A DNA stretch of 64,000 nt from a bacterium (GTDB lineage: Bacteria > UBA8248 > JACPRG01 > G963555815): contig OZ244653.1 in the NCBI GenBank assembly GCA_965218795.1, positions 32,001 to 96,000 of the forward strand, given 5' to 3'. The notes beneath the pieces were generated by a model. That model saw only the letters and a list, made by a program, of their open reading frames with translations. It was not told where the DNA came from and ran no database searches. Below, in pieces: positions 20,465 to 30,300 of this stretch. Position 1 is the first letter of the stretch. Each line of letters opens with the position of its first letter. The position numbers and the translations under genes were made by a program.

Positions 20465-20686
20465 TCCCCCCGCCCCTTCTCATACGATCCAGGTCTCCCT
20501 CCGAGTGCTCACCTTCGGGTTCGGGGGCATGACGAGATAGGTCTTTTCCCGGGTGCTTTCGACCCCTTCGATCTCCACCCGGCGCGTCCATGCCCGCTTC
20601 GACCAGGGCAGCCGTGAAAAGTCCTCATCCGTCCAGACCTTGGCGATGAGTTGCCCGTGCTGCTTCCCTTACTCTTCCTGGTTCAC
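20465..20686 (-). pseudogene. Degenerate NHLP (nitrile-hydratase-like leader) RiPP precursor
   Basis: Read across frames: VNQEE*GKQHGQLIAKVWTDEDF / TAALVEAGMDAPG / VEIEGVESTREKTYLVMPP / PEGEHSEGDLDRMRRGG. Confidence 0.7.
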
Positions 20687-20829
20687 ATCTGTTTCCCTTG
20701 GACTGCCTGTTTTGCGGTTTTGACGAGTCGGAAGTCACAAGGCTTTATGGGCCAGGGTAGCCGATGCCCCTTTCCCCGTTGACGAATTGCAAAACGGGGG
20801 AGGCAGAGGGGGGCGGGGACAATGCAGGC

Positions 20830-21408
20830 TCAGGACGGGTTCTCCCGGCACCATTGCTCGAACTGGAGGCGGACCTCCGGAGGCCGGAGGGTATACGGGA
20901 CGCCGGGTTTTTGCCGGGTCGGCTCGACGGCCGCACAGACGAAGGAGAGACGGTCCTGGGCCAGGAATTCGCTGACCTTTTCCTCGAACGCTTCCACCGT
21001 ATCGACCGTCGCCGTCAGCTCGATTCCGGCTCCGCGGGCCATCCCCTCATAGTGGAGTTTCGATTTCGCCAGTGGCTGACCGCCGCTCGATTGGTAGATG
21101 TCGTTGTTGAGAATGATGATCATGAGATTCCTGGGTGACTGGATGGCCGCGGTGACCAAGGAGCCCAGGTTCATCAGGACGCCGCCGTCTCCCTCCATGG
21201 CCACGACCCGGTCGTTCGGGCGACTGAGCGCGATGCCCAGCGCGGTGGGTATCACCATCCCCATGGAGTCCTGGACGTAGAAGTTCGACGGCTTCCCGTT
21301 CAGCTCCGCCCAGTGCTCGGTGGTTTCCTCCATGCAGCAGACAGCAACGCCGTCCTGGAAAACCTCGTGCAGTCTCTCGATGCAGGACCGTCTCGAAGGG
21401 CGGCTCAT
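20830..21408 (-). CDS. TPP-dependent decarboxylase beta subunit (ComE / phosphonopyruvate decarboxylase-like)
   Basis: SMG...ALGIAL, GDGGVLMNLG...NN TPP-binding motif, SGGQP. Confidence 0.85.
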   Translation of the reverse strand: MSRPSRRSCIERLHEVFQDGVAVCCMEETTEHWAELNGKPSNFYVQDSMGMVIPTALGIALSRPNDRVVAMEGDGGVLMNLGSLVTAAIQSPRNLMIIILNNDIYQSSGGQPLAKSKLHYEGMARGAGIELTATVDTVEAFEEKVSEFLAQDRLSFVCAAVEPTRQKPGVPYTLRPPEVRLQFEQWCRENPS

Positions 21409-21424
21409 CTCGCTGACTCCCCGA

Positions 21425-21931
21425 TCACTCGACCAAGTGCTCCTTTTTGAGGAGAAGGGCGAAGGGGTGGCTCGATGCCTCGGCATACCGCCCGGCGTCC
21501 ACCACCTGCTCGGCGAGGCCCCGCTTCGCGTCCGGGATGCGGTAGTGAACCCGCAAGCTGTCCAGGGCGGGTTCGGTCGCGTCCCCCTTGAGGACGTGGT
21601 AATGGAGCGTTTCCTCGGTGTTGCCTCGGTAGCTGATCAGCATCAGAAGGGGCACCTGATACATCTTGGCGAAGTTGATCCCCGTACCGCTGCTGAGAAA
21701 CCCCGCGTTCTGCATGACCATGACCGCCTTGGTCCCCGTGGCCAGAGCGCCGACGCACAGGGCGACGCCCTCCTCCTCCCGGCAGACGTTGACGGCGATC
21801 AGGTCGGGGTCCGCCTCGACGTCCATGCAGAGGGCGCCGATCCAGCGGTCGGGGACGTACGCCACGATCTTGGCGCCCCATTGCTTGAGGCCCAGGATGA
21901 TTTCCTTGTGCGGGCCGTTACGGTCGGACAT
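21425..21931 (-). CDS. TPP-dependent decarboxylase alpha subunit (ComD-like)
   Basis: VPD, REEEGVALCVG, MQNAG, LLMLISYRG. Confidence 0.85.
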   Translation of the reverse strand: MSDRNGPHKEIILGLKQWGAKIVAYVPDRWIGALCMDVEADPDLIAVNVCREEEGVALCVGALATGTKAVMVMQNAGFLSSGTGINFAKMYQVPLLMLISYRGNTEETLHYHVLKGDATEPALDSLRVHYRIPDAKRGLAEQVVDAGRYAEASSHPFALLLKKEHLVE

Positions 21932-22094
21932 CCGGTTGTCTTTTCAGTGGGTGACTGGATCGGGATTGGATGGATGCATCCGGGCTTGCGCCGAATTCCA
22001 CATATCCTACAACGGATATCCGGGCGGAGACAGTGTTCGGAGAAAGCGGCCGGAGGGTACGGGACGGGACGTTCAAGCCTTCCCTCCCAGCCCC

Positions 22095-22251
22095 CGCCGC
22101 AGCTCGCCTCCGTCTGGCGGAGCGCTTCTTCCCCCCGGGCGCATATCACCACGTTGACCCCTTCGCGCACGAGAGCGGCCGCTGTGGCCTTCCCCAGCCC
22201 CTTGCTCGATGCGGTGATGAGCGCCGCTTGGCCTGACAGTCCTAGGTCCAT
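22095..22251 (-). pseudogene. N-terminal fragment of an SDR oxidoreductase
   Basis: MDLGLSGQAALITASSKGLGKATA...VVICARGEEAL; similarity ends after about 50 codons. Confidence 0.75.
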
Positions 22252-22305
22252 GAAAGCCCCTCGATTCCTCTGAGCGGTATTGATGCGGCTCCGGGCAACC
22301 CGAGC

Positions 22306-22653
22306 TTACCCCGCTCCGCCCCCTTCTCCCTGGAGAGCCTGAAGGGTCGCGGTCAGTTCGTTTCTCAGGTCGGCGTGCTTATGGTGCACGGCGTTCATGA
22401 TACCCCGCCGGTACGCCTGGACGGCGTCTTCGCTCCGCCCAATCTTTTCATACGCTTCGGCGAGTCTTCCAAGACAGGATCCGACGTCGCCGCCCCGGGC
22501 CTCTTCAGTCTCCAGATATTTTTCGAGCTCGGCGACGGCTTCGTCGTACTGCGCGGATTCGAAATATTCCAGGCCAAGCATATAGTGGAGCGTGTGGTCT
22601 TCGGGGTCCATTTCAATCAGTGATTTCAGTTGATCAATCCTTGATTTCGCCAT
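22306..22653 (-). CDS. Tetratricopeptide repeat protein
   Basis: DPEDHTLHYMLGLEY...LAEAYEKIGRSEDAVQAYRRG TPR-like helices. Confidence 0.8.
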   Translation of the reverse strand: MAKSRIDQLKSLIEMDPEDHTLHYMLGLEYFESAQYDEAVAELEKYLETEEARGGDVGSCLGRLAEAYEKIGRSEDAVQAYRRGIMNAVHHKHADLRNELTATLQALQGEGGGAG

Positions 22654-23153
22654 GTTCTTTCCTGTTCCGGCTTATGAAGGGAAGGCTCCAAATCACATGG
22701 AGAAAAGACAGATAACGCTTGCGATTCAATCATTCTAGCCCAACTTCAGTGCCTGAAGTGGAAGGAATCCGGGGTGCATGGAGCAGGGATTTCCCTTTTT
22801 CCAAAAAGGAAAATCTAATTTTCTGGAAAAAGTTTGTGGTCAAATCGGTTTGAACCTGCTACATTTAATCTGTATTGAGTAGCAAGAGAGTATCTGAACC
22901 ATCTAAAGGATTTGCTTGAACTTGTTGTCATAACATGATTGAAATATAAGCAGTTAGTATGTTGATATGATTTGGATTTCGGCCCGGGACCTGTCTGCTG
23001 AGGCACTGAAGAGGTTTGATGACTTCTTCGTGTGGCGGGTTCCGGGCTGTTTTCTTGTTTGCCTGCCGTCCCCTCACATGCACAACAATGTTCCGCCAAA
23101 TATTGTAGAATATCAATACATTTCCTAAACAACGAACTATGGAGGATTCAGCA

Positions 23154-24437
23154 ATGGGACGCAAGAAGGCTCGCCTCATCAAAAGGCGCACGTTTCTGAA
23201 GGGAGCCGCAGCAGGCGCGGCTGGATTCACTCTCTATCAGTTCCCAATGAAGGCGCCCCGGGCGGCAAAGCCGATCGTCATCGGACACCAGGCGGAGTTG
23301 ACGGGTGTGTCCGCCATTTTCGGTTTCTGGAATGACCGCTCGGCCAAGGCCGCCGCCAAGCGGATCAACGACGAGGGAGGGATCGCCGGCAGGAAGCTCA
23401 AGTTGGTGACCGGGGATACCGCCTCCGACCCCAAGACGGGCGCCCGCGCCATGCGGAGAATGGTACTTCGGGAAGGGGCGGACTTCGTGCTGGGGACGAT
23501 TCAGACCGGAATCACGGGAGTCAGCGGCGCGTTGGCCAAGAGCCTGAACGTTCTCTACTTCCCCTCCGACGATGTCCCGCTGAATCCCAAGTCGCCGGAG
23601 GCGAACCGTTACGTGTTCCGTCTCGGGCACAACACGCGGGTCAAGGCGCAGGTCTCCTACCGCTGGGCCATGAAAAACCTTGGCACGAAGTGGTCGTTTG
23701 TCGGCTATGAATCGGGTTGGGGTCACGGGCACGTCGACGACCTGAAGTCCCGGATCGAGGCTTCCGGCGGAAAGAGCCTGGGCGAATTCTACGTTCCCAT
23801 CGGCACAAACGATTTCGTTCCGGCTCTGGGCAAGGTCAGCCGGGACACCGAGGTGCTCTTTCACCACGCCTGGGGCCCGGCAGTTCCGCGGCTTATCGGC
23901 CAGGTCGCGGAATTGGGGTTCCTGAAGAAAGCGAAGCTCTTCGCCAGCATCGGCGCCGTCGAGGGAATGAACCCGAAGGACCTGGGGCCGGCCGCCCAGG
24001 GGTCGCATTACGTGAGCGAGCTGCCCCGGGAGCTGGAACAGGTACCCGAACCCCTGCGGGCGTACAACGCCGAAATCCGCAAGCTTTGCGAAATCGACCC
24101 CAGAGGCATGGACGTGGGCGGCAAATGGGCCACGACCGGCGAGCACTACTGGGTTCCCTGGACCAACATGCACGTGATCAAGGCGGGCGTGGAGGCCTCG
24201 GGGTGGAAGAGCCGGGACGACAACGCCAAGCTGATAAAAACCCTGGAGGGGATGTCGTTCAAGTCCGGGCCCGGGTTCCCGGCGGGCGACATGGTCATCC
24301 GCGCGGAAGACCACAGGGCGTTCCGCGATTACTATATCGAACAGGTCAAGGGCGACCATTACATCGTGGTCAAGGTCTTCAAGAAGGAGGAAGGGATATA
24401 TCCTCCTCCAATAGATCTTCGCAAGCAGAGCATCTGA
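23154..24437 (+). CDS. Liv-type ABC transporter substrate-binding protein (Tat signal)
   Basis: RRTFLKG Tat motif, INDEGGIAGRK; heads a livHMGF-like operon. Confidence 0.9.
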   Translation: MGRKKARLIKRRTFLKGAAAGAAGFTLYQFPMKAPRAAKPIVIGHQAELTGVSAIFGFWNDRSAKAAAKRINDEGGIAGRKLKLVTGDTASDPKTGARAMRRMVLREGADFVLGTIQTGITGVSGALAKSLNVLYFPSDDVPLNPKSPEANRYVFRLGHNTRVKAQVSYRWAMKNLGTKWSFVGYESGWGHGHVDDLKSRIEASGGKSLGEFYVPIGTNDFVPALGKVSRDTEVLFHHAWGPAVPRLIGQVAELGFLKKAKLFASIGAVEGMNPKDLGPAAQGSHYVSELPRELEQVPEPLRAYNAEIRKLCEIDPRGMDVGGKWATTGEHYWVPWTNMHVIKAGVEASGWKSRDDNAKLIKTLEGMSFKSGPGFPAGDMVIRAEDHRAFRDYYIEQVKGDHYIVVKVFKKEEGIYPPPIDLRKQSI

Positions 24438-24452
24438 CCTTCACGGCTTGAA

Positions 24453-24493
24453 GGCGGGTTCCGCCCCGGGGGGCGGAACCCGCCCTTCCTTTT
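24453..24493 (+). terminator. Hairpin after the substrate-binding gene
   Basis: 14-bp stem GGCGGGTTCCGCCC / GGGCGGAACCCGCC followed by a pyrimidine tract. Confidence 0.7.
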
Positions 24494-24528
24494 CATCCTC
24501 CACCAGAACCACCCTGGGGGCAGCGCCC

Positions 24529-25383
24529 GTGGCGGGACAGGTGTTTCTTCAAGTTCTGAACGGCTTTGTCTGGGGCTGGATTCTGGCCCTCATCTCTCTG
24601 GGTCTCTCTCTCATCTTCGGACTGCTTCAAATCATCAACATCGCGCACGGCACGCTGTACATGCTGGGCGCCGTCTTCTCCTGGTATCTCCTTCAGTGGA
24701 CCGGGAGTTTCTGGGTCACCCTGATCGGCGCTCCTCTCCTGGTCGGACTGCTCGGGATGGCTCTGGAGCGAACGTTGCTGCGGCCGGTCGAGAAAAATCC
24801 GGTGATGACCATCATCGCGACCTTCGCGCTTCTTCTGATTTTTCAGCAGACCGTTCTTCTCACCTTCGGCGGGTCCGCGCGGTGGATTCCGGAGCCGTTC
24901 GGATTTCAGGTCTCGCTGGGACAGTTCGGGTATTCGGGGTACCGGCTGGTAGTCGCCGGCATCGCCGTGGTCGTGCTGGCCGGGGTGTGGATATTCCTGC
25001 ACAAGACGCGCGCCGGACTTTGGATCCGTGCAGTGAAACAAGACAAGGAAATGGCCCTGGCGCTGGGGATTCCGGTTTCGACGGTGTATACCCTGACCTT
25101 CGGGCTGGGGGCCTGCCTGGCCGCGCTGAGCGGGGTGCTGGCCGCGCCGATCGTCGCGGTCGATTTCCGCATGGGTATCGACATCATCATCTCGGCCTTT
25201 ATCGTCGTCATCATCGGGGGGGTCGGGAGCCTGAAGGGGTCGGTCATCTCGGCCCTCCTGGTCGGGGAGCTCATCGGAATCGCCAGCATATTCCTGGCTC
25301 CGACGATGGCGCAGATCGTGGCCCTCCTGGTGATGGCCGTCATTCTGCTCTTTCGTCCCCAGGGCCTCTTCCAGGAGGTCTGA
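24529..25383 (+). CDS. Branched-chain amino acid ABC permease (LivH-like)
   Basis: GLSLIFG...NIAHG, IRAVKQDKEMA, IIGGVGS. Confidence 0.92.
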   Translation: MAGQVFLQVLNGFVWGWILALISLGLSLIFGLLQIINIAHGTLYMLGAVFSWYLLQWTGSFWVTLIGAPLLVGLLGMALERTLLRPVEKNPVMTIIATFALLLIFQQTVLLTFGGSARWIPEPFGFQVSLGQFGYSGYRLVVAGIAVVVLAGVWIFLHKTRAGLWIRAVKQDKEMALALGIPVSTVYTLTFGLGACLAALSGVLAAPIVAVDFRMGIDIIISAFIVVIIGGVGSLKGSVISALLVGELIGIASIFLAPTMAQIVALLVMAVILLFRPQGLFQEV

Positions 25384-26402
25384 TGAGCGGCTCTCCCCGG
25401 GGGGCGCAGGACGGACCCCATCCGGCGCAGACGCAGCGGGACATCGCGGGCAGGAGAGTTTTTCACGGGATCCTCGCGGGCGTGTTTCTGATCCTCATGG
25501 TCCTGCCTCCCTACCTGAGCCTGTTCTGGCAGACCCTGCTGACGGAAATTCTGGTCTGGGGCTTGTTCGCGATGGCCTTCGACCTCTTGTACGGCTATGT
25601 GGGTCTTCTGAGCTTCGGGCATTCCGTGTTTTTCGGACTCGGGATGTACGGTGTGGCGCTTTCCGTCCATTGGTTCGAATCCGGCCTCTGGGTCGCCCTG
25701 GCGGCGGGGTGGCTACTGGCCCTGTTCTTCGCGTGGGTGATCGGGTTTTTCGCGGTCCGCGTGGGGATGGCGGGATTTATCATCCTCACGGCGCTCATGT
25801 CCGTTATCTTCCACCTTATTGCCAACAATTGGGTGAGCGTTACCGGCGGCGACGCCGGGATTCCGTTCAACGCCCCGTCGCTGAGCCTGGGCTTCGCCGC
25901 TTTCTCTCTGGAGCGTCCGATCACGGCTTATTACTTCGCCTTGGCCGTCGTCTCGGCGGCTTTTTTGATCCTCCGCCGGCTGGTCGGGTCGAGGCGGGGC
26001 CGGGTGTTCGAGGCGATCCGGGAAAACGAAGACCGCGCGATTTTGCTCGGTTATAACATCCGAAAAGAGAAACTCCGGGCCTTTGTTCTGTCCGGACTGT
26101 TCGCCGGGATCGCCGGATCGCTCTACTCGACGGCGGTGGACCGCTTTGCCAACCAGGACTACTTTCACTGGTTCCTCTCGGGAGACGTGGTGATTTGGAC
26201 GCTCCTGGGCGGCGTTGGGACCCTGGTCGGTCCGGCCCTGGGCGCGGGCGTCCTCCTGGTCTTGAAGGATTACCTGTCGGTTTGGTGGCCGAAGGGTTTT
26301 CCCATCGTGGTCGGAGTACTCATGCTGCTTCTCGTCATTTTCGCCCCGCAGGGCATGCTGGGATTCGCCCGCCGCAAGATTCGGGGGCATTGGAGGTTTT
26401 GA
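25383..26402 (+). CDS. Branched-chain amino acid ABC permease (LivM-like)
   Basis: GYVGLLSFGHS, TGG, AIRENE, LLGGVGT. Confidence 0.92.
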   Translation: MSGSPRGAQDGPHPAQTQRDIAGRRVFHGILAGVFLILMVLPPYLSLFWQTLLTEILVWGLFAMAFDLLYGYVGLLSFGHSVFFGLGMYGVALSVHWFESGLWVALAAGWLLALFFAWVIGFFAVRVGMAGFIILTALMSVIFHLIANNWVSVTGGDAGIPFNAPSLSLGFAAFSLERPITAYYFALAVVSAAFLILRRLVGSRRGRVFEAIRENEDRAILLGYNIRKEKLRAFVLSGLFAGIAGSLYSTAVDRFANQDYFHWFLSGDVVIWTLLGGVGTLVGPALGAGVLLVLKDYLSVWWPKGFPIVVGVLMLLLVIFAPQGMLGFARRKIRGHWRF

Positions 26403-26460
26403 ATCCTCCTCCGGCGCGTCTTGGCCGGAATGTGGTTGATTTCGCTAAAGGGGCAGGGTT

Positions 26461-27183
26461 TTGATCGGCGATTCGCCAATCCTGGAAACGCGGGGCCTGT
26501 CCAAACGGTTCGGCGGGCTGGTCGCCCTCGACCGAATGGACTTCCGGGTTGAGGCGGGCGACCTGCGGGCCATTATCGGACCCAACGGCGCCGGCAAGAC
26601 AACGTTCTTCAACCTCATCAGCGGCCTGCTGCCCCCCGATCGGGGAGAGGTCTTCTTCCGGGGCGAGCCCGTGACCGGACTTCCCGCCTACCGAATGGCC
26701 CGTCTGGGCATCGGCCGGACGCTTCAGGTCACGAGTATTTTCCCCGGCTTGTCGGTGGAGGAAAATCTCTGGGTCGGAGCGAATTCCGCGCAAGGGGAGG
26801 GGACCGTCCGGGAGCGGGTGGAACGCGTCCTGGACTGGATGGGCCTGTACCGACTGCGGCGGACGCCCGCATCGGACCTGTCACACGGAGACCAGCGGCT
26901 TTTGGAGATCGGCCTCGCCCTGACGACCAGTCCCGACGTTCTGCTGATGGATGAGCCGACGGCCGGTCTCAGCGCCGGCGAGACCCAGGGGTTGATTCCG
27001 CTGATTGGCCGGCTCGGTGAAGCCTTGACGATCGTCATCATCGAGCACGACATTAAATTCCTCATGGAGGTGGCCCGCACCCTGACCGTCTTTCACCAGG
27101 GCCGCAAGCTCGCCGAAGGGGGGCCGGAAGAAATCCGAGCCAACGAAGAGGTTCAGGAAGTGTATCTGCGAGGCACCGGATGA
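26461..27183 (+). CDS. ABC ATP-binding protein (LivG-like)
   Basis: GPNGAGKTT, LSHG, MDEPTAG, IEHD. Confidence 0.93.
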   Translation: MIGDSPILETRGLSKRFGGLVALDRMDFRVEAGDLRAIIGPNGAGKTTFFNLISGLLPPDRGEVFFRGEPVTGLPAYRMARLGIGRTLQVTSIFPGLSVEENLWVGANSAQGEGTVRERVERVLDWMGLYRLRRTPASDLSHGDQRLLEIGLALTTSPDVLLMDEPTAGLSAGETQGLIPLIGRLGEALTIVIIEHDIKFLMEVARTLTVFHQGRKLAEGGPEEIRANEEVQEVYLRGTG

Positions 27184-27881
27184 TCCGTCTGGACGGCATC
27201 CATACGCTCTACGGGAAGAGCCATATTCTTCATGGCGTGTCCCTTCACGTCGGTCCCGGCGAGACGGTTTGCATCCTCGGAAGAAACGGGGTGGGGAAGA
27301 CCACGACCCTCAGAACTTTGATGAAGCTGGTGCAGCCCGCTTCGGGCAGGATCGAGTTCGAGAAACGGGACGTCACGCGACTGCCATCCCATCGGATGCC
27401 CCGCCTGGGAATCGGATACGTCCCCCAGGGCCGCCGGATCTTTCCGAGGCTCACGGTACGGGAGAACCTCGAAGTGGCCGTACTGAAAGGGAGGATTCCA
27501 CGGGACCGCATGAGGGCCGTCCTGTCGTACTTCCCGGTTCTGGAGAATCGGTTCGCGCAAATGGGCGGCACACTGAGCGGAGGAGAGCAGCAGATGCTGG
27601 CCATCGGCCGGGCCTTGATGTCCGGACCCAAGCTGTTGGTGCTGGACGAGCCGGCCGAGGGTTTGGCCCCCGCCATCGTCGAGATGCTGAAGGACGCGGT
27701 CCACTCGCTGAATCGCGACGGGATGACCATCCTCCTGGTCGAGCAACAGGTGGAGACCGCCCTGGCCGTGGCCGGACGAGTCTATCTTATGGAAAAGGGA
27801 CGGATTGTTCACGAGGACACGCCCGAATCGTTGCAGGCGGACCCATCGGTGCTGGTGCGCTACCTGGGCGTGGACGTCTAG
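27180..27881 (+). CDS. ABC ATP-binding protein (LivF-like)
   Basis: GRNGVGKTT, LSGGEQQMLAIGRAL, LDEP, VEQ. Confidence 0.93.
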   Translation: MIRLDGIHTLYGKSHILHGVSLHVGPGETVCILGRNGVGKTTTLRTLMKLVQPASGRIEFEKRDVTRLPSHRMPRLGIGYVPQGRRIFPRLTVRENLEVAVLKGRIPRDRMRAVLSYFPVLENRFAQMGGTLSGGEQQMLAIGRALMSGPKLLVLDEPAEGLAPAIVEMLKDAVHSLNRDGMTILLVEQQVETALAVAGRVYLMEKGRIVHEDTPESLQADPSVLVRYLGVDV

Positions 27882-28055
27882 ATTACGCAAAGGGGCCGGG
27901 ACGGGCCTGGGGCTGGATTTCGCTTTCGCCGGTTTTGTCTGATCCTGAAGTAAGTTGTGTAATGGGTCGCTTCGGGGGAGGGGTGGCATCGACTCCCCCA
28001 ATTTGCCCAAGGAAGCCTGGGCAGTCATATTTTCTTGGGGGAGCAAGACAGCTTT

Positions 28056-28613
28056 ATGAAGATTCTCGCTTTTGCCGCCTCGGTCAGAACAGGCTCGGTC
28101 AACCGGAAGCTCATCCAACTTGCGGCCGAGAGCGCTCGCGGGAAGGAGGCGGCGGTGGACCTGGCGGAGTACCGTGAATTCGATATGCCCCTTTATGACG
28201 GCGATTTGGAGGCCGAGTCCGGCGTTCCGGACGGCGCCGTCGAGTTCAAACGGCGGCTGGAGGCCGCGGACGGCCTGATGATCTCCCTGCCGGAATACAA
28301 CCATTCCATTCCGGGAACGCTCAAGAACACCATCGATTGGGTGTCGAGGCTTAAGCCCCCGCCCTTTTCGGGCCGGGTTGGTTTCCTGATGTCGGCGTCT
28401 CCCTCCCCCTTCGGCGGTCTCCGGGCGCTTGAGGTGAGCCGTGCGCCCCTGGAGGGCCTCGGGATGATTGTCCACCCGGAGATGTTCTCTCTGATGAAGG
28501 CCCCGGATGCATTTGACGACCGGGGCCAATGGGTGGATCCGATGAACGCCCAGGTCCTCGATGAGCTGATTGCAGGATTCATCGGCCTGACACGGTCCCT
28601 GAGGGGTTTGTAG
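28056..28613 (+). CDS. NADPH-dependent FMN reductase family protein
   Basis: PEYNHSIPGTLKNTIDWVSR. Confidence 0.92.
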   Translation: MKILAFAASVRTGSVNRKLIQLAAESARGKEAAVDLAEYREFDMPLYDGDLEAESGVPDGAVEFKRRLEAADGLMISLPEYNHSIPGTLKNTIDWVSRLKPPPFSGRVGFLMSASPSPFGGLRALEVSRAPLEGLGMIVHPEMFSLMKAPDAFDDRGQWVDPMNAQVLDELIAGFIGLTRSLRGL

Positions 28614-28885
28614 TCGGTCAGCGCCCGATCTGGCTTCAATACGGCACCCCTCCTCCGTGCGGGAGACGGTTCAGGGATTGAATCTTTCGGTTAAGAATGG
28701 GGCGGACTTGGATATAATGGAAAGGAAGGGAAGCCGCTCTTGATTCCTCTCATAGACTTGGAAAATGCGGGTTCAAACCCCATGGGACGATATAAGGCCG
28801 GTAAGTTCCGGTAAGTTGTAGATGGGATATATCCAATACCCCTAAACCCAATGGTATGAACAGGTTGTCATTCCTCAATTCAATC

Positions 28886-28914
28886 TTGACAATAAGTTTC
28901 TCGGGCTTTACAAT
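28886..28914 (+). promoter_or_regulatory. Sigma70 promoter upstream of the amidase-der genes
   Basis: TTGACA-N17-TACAAT. Confidence 0.75.
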
Positions 28915-28950
28915 TCCTCCTGCAATGATCATGGAGGGAGTGGATTCGCC

Positions 28951-30294
28951 GTGAGATTTGGCGACACCAAATTCCTGCCGGGCGGGTTTCTTATCGTCCC
29001 GTGCCTCGTTCTGGCTCTGGCGGCTTCGGCCGATTCGGGTCCTCGTCCCGTATCCGTGACAGACGTTCGGGTGTGGTCAAACCCCGGGTTCGCCCGGGTT
29101 GTGATCCACCTGGATGGACCCGTTCGATTTAAGTATAACCGCTTGAAATCGTCGACTCGAATCTACGTCGACATTCTAGGCGCGAGTATTCGGCTGAGAA
29201 ATTCCAAGAGAAACATCAAGGCGATCGGGGTTCTCAAAGGCGTGAGAATCGGAAAGAACAGGCCGTTGATCCCGCGAGTCGTTCTGGATCTGAACACCGT
29301 CAAGACCTTCAAGGTATTCGCCCTCTCAGGACCCAACCGGATAGTCGTGGACGTGAAGGGTGTTGCCGACCCGACGCCTTCGAATCTTTCGGCTTCCTTT
29401 CCCGACGCGGCGAATCTGCGGAGGAAGTCGGCAGGCCCGCTGATCATCAGAGCCCCCAAGAGAAAGACCCCTAGCGTTCCGGGCCGAACGCCTTTGAGGG
29501 GACGGGATGAAAAGCGCTGGAGGCCCTCGAGCCGGGCGGCATCGCGGCGCACGCCCATTGGGATTTCGATAGGGGAGTTGAGCCTGTCCGAGAGGTTCCG
29601 TCGCGGGCTGGGGAAGGTGGTCATCGACCCCGGTCACGGCGGAAAGGATCCCGGCGCGATCGGCCGAACCGGCATCTACGAAAAAGACATCGTGCTGGGC
29701 TTGTCGAGACGAATGGCGCGGATCCTCCGACGTAAGCTCAGGTCCAGGGTGTACCTGACCCGGAACCGGGATGTGTTCGTCTCGCTCAAATCGCGTACTG
29801 CATCCGCCAATCGCAAAAAGGCGGACCTGTTCGTGTCCGTTCACGCCAATTCGGCCGAAAACCGGAGACTCTCCGGTATTGAAACCTACCTGTTGAGCGA
29901 AGTCTCGGGCCCGCGGGCCATGAAGGTCGCCGCGCGGGAAAACGGGGTCTCGTCCGAAAAGCTGAGCGACCTTCAGATCATCAAGACCGACCTTCGGATA
30001 AGGGACGTGATCAATCGCTCCTTCCCCCTGGCGGAATCCGTGCAGAAGTCGATGTTCTCTTCGCTGTCCCGGAGATACTCCCGAGTTCGGAACCTGGGCG
30101 TGAAGCAAGCCCCCTTCCATGTGTTGAGCGGTACCGAGATGCCCAGCATCCTGATTGAAACGGGGTTCGTCAGCAACCGGAGAGAGGAGCGGCGTCTGGC
30201 CTCTCCGAGATACCGGCAAACCCTTGCGGAATCCATTGTCCGCGGGCTCCAGAACTTCATCGAGCGTACCGAACTTGCCCGCCAAATCGATTGA
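28951..30294 (+). CDS. amiC: N-acetylmuramoyl-L-alanine amidase with AMIN domains
   Basis: Signal peptide, AMIN-like repeats, IDPGHGGKDPGA, SVHAN, ILIETGFVSN. Confidence 0.92.
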   Translation: MRFGDTKFLPGGFLIVPCLVLALAASADSGPRPVSVTDVRVWSNPGFARVVIHLDGPVRFKYNRLKSSTRIYVDILGASIRLRNSKRNIKAIGVLKGVRIGKNRPLIPRVVLDLNTVKTFKVFALSGPNRIVVDVKGVADPTPSNLSASFPDAANLRRKSAGPLIIRAPKRKTPSVPGRTPLRGRDEKRWRPSSRAASRRTPIGISIGELSLSERFRRGLGKVVIDPGHGGKDPGAIGRTGIYEKDIVLGLSRRMARILRRKLRSRVYLTRNRDVFVSLKSRTASANRKKADLFVSVHANSAENRRLSGIETYLLSEVSGPRAMKVAARENGVSSEKLSDLQIIKTDLRIRDVINRSFPLAESVQKSMFSSLSRRYSRVRNLGVKQAPFHVLSGTEMPSILIETGFVSNRREERRLASPRYRQTLAESIVRGLQNFIERTELARQID

Positions 30295-30300
30295 ATCGCC

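Noticed and set aside
28766-28790. tRNA T-arm-like GGTTCAAACCC
   Set aside because: Stem pairs poorly and no cloverleaf or acceptor stem is present.
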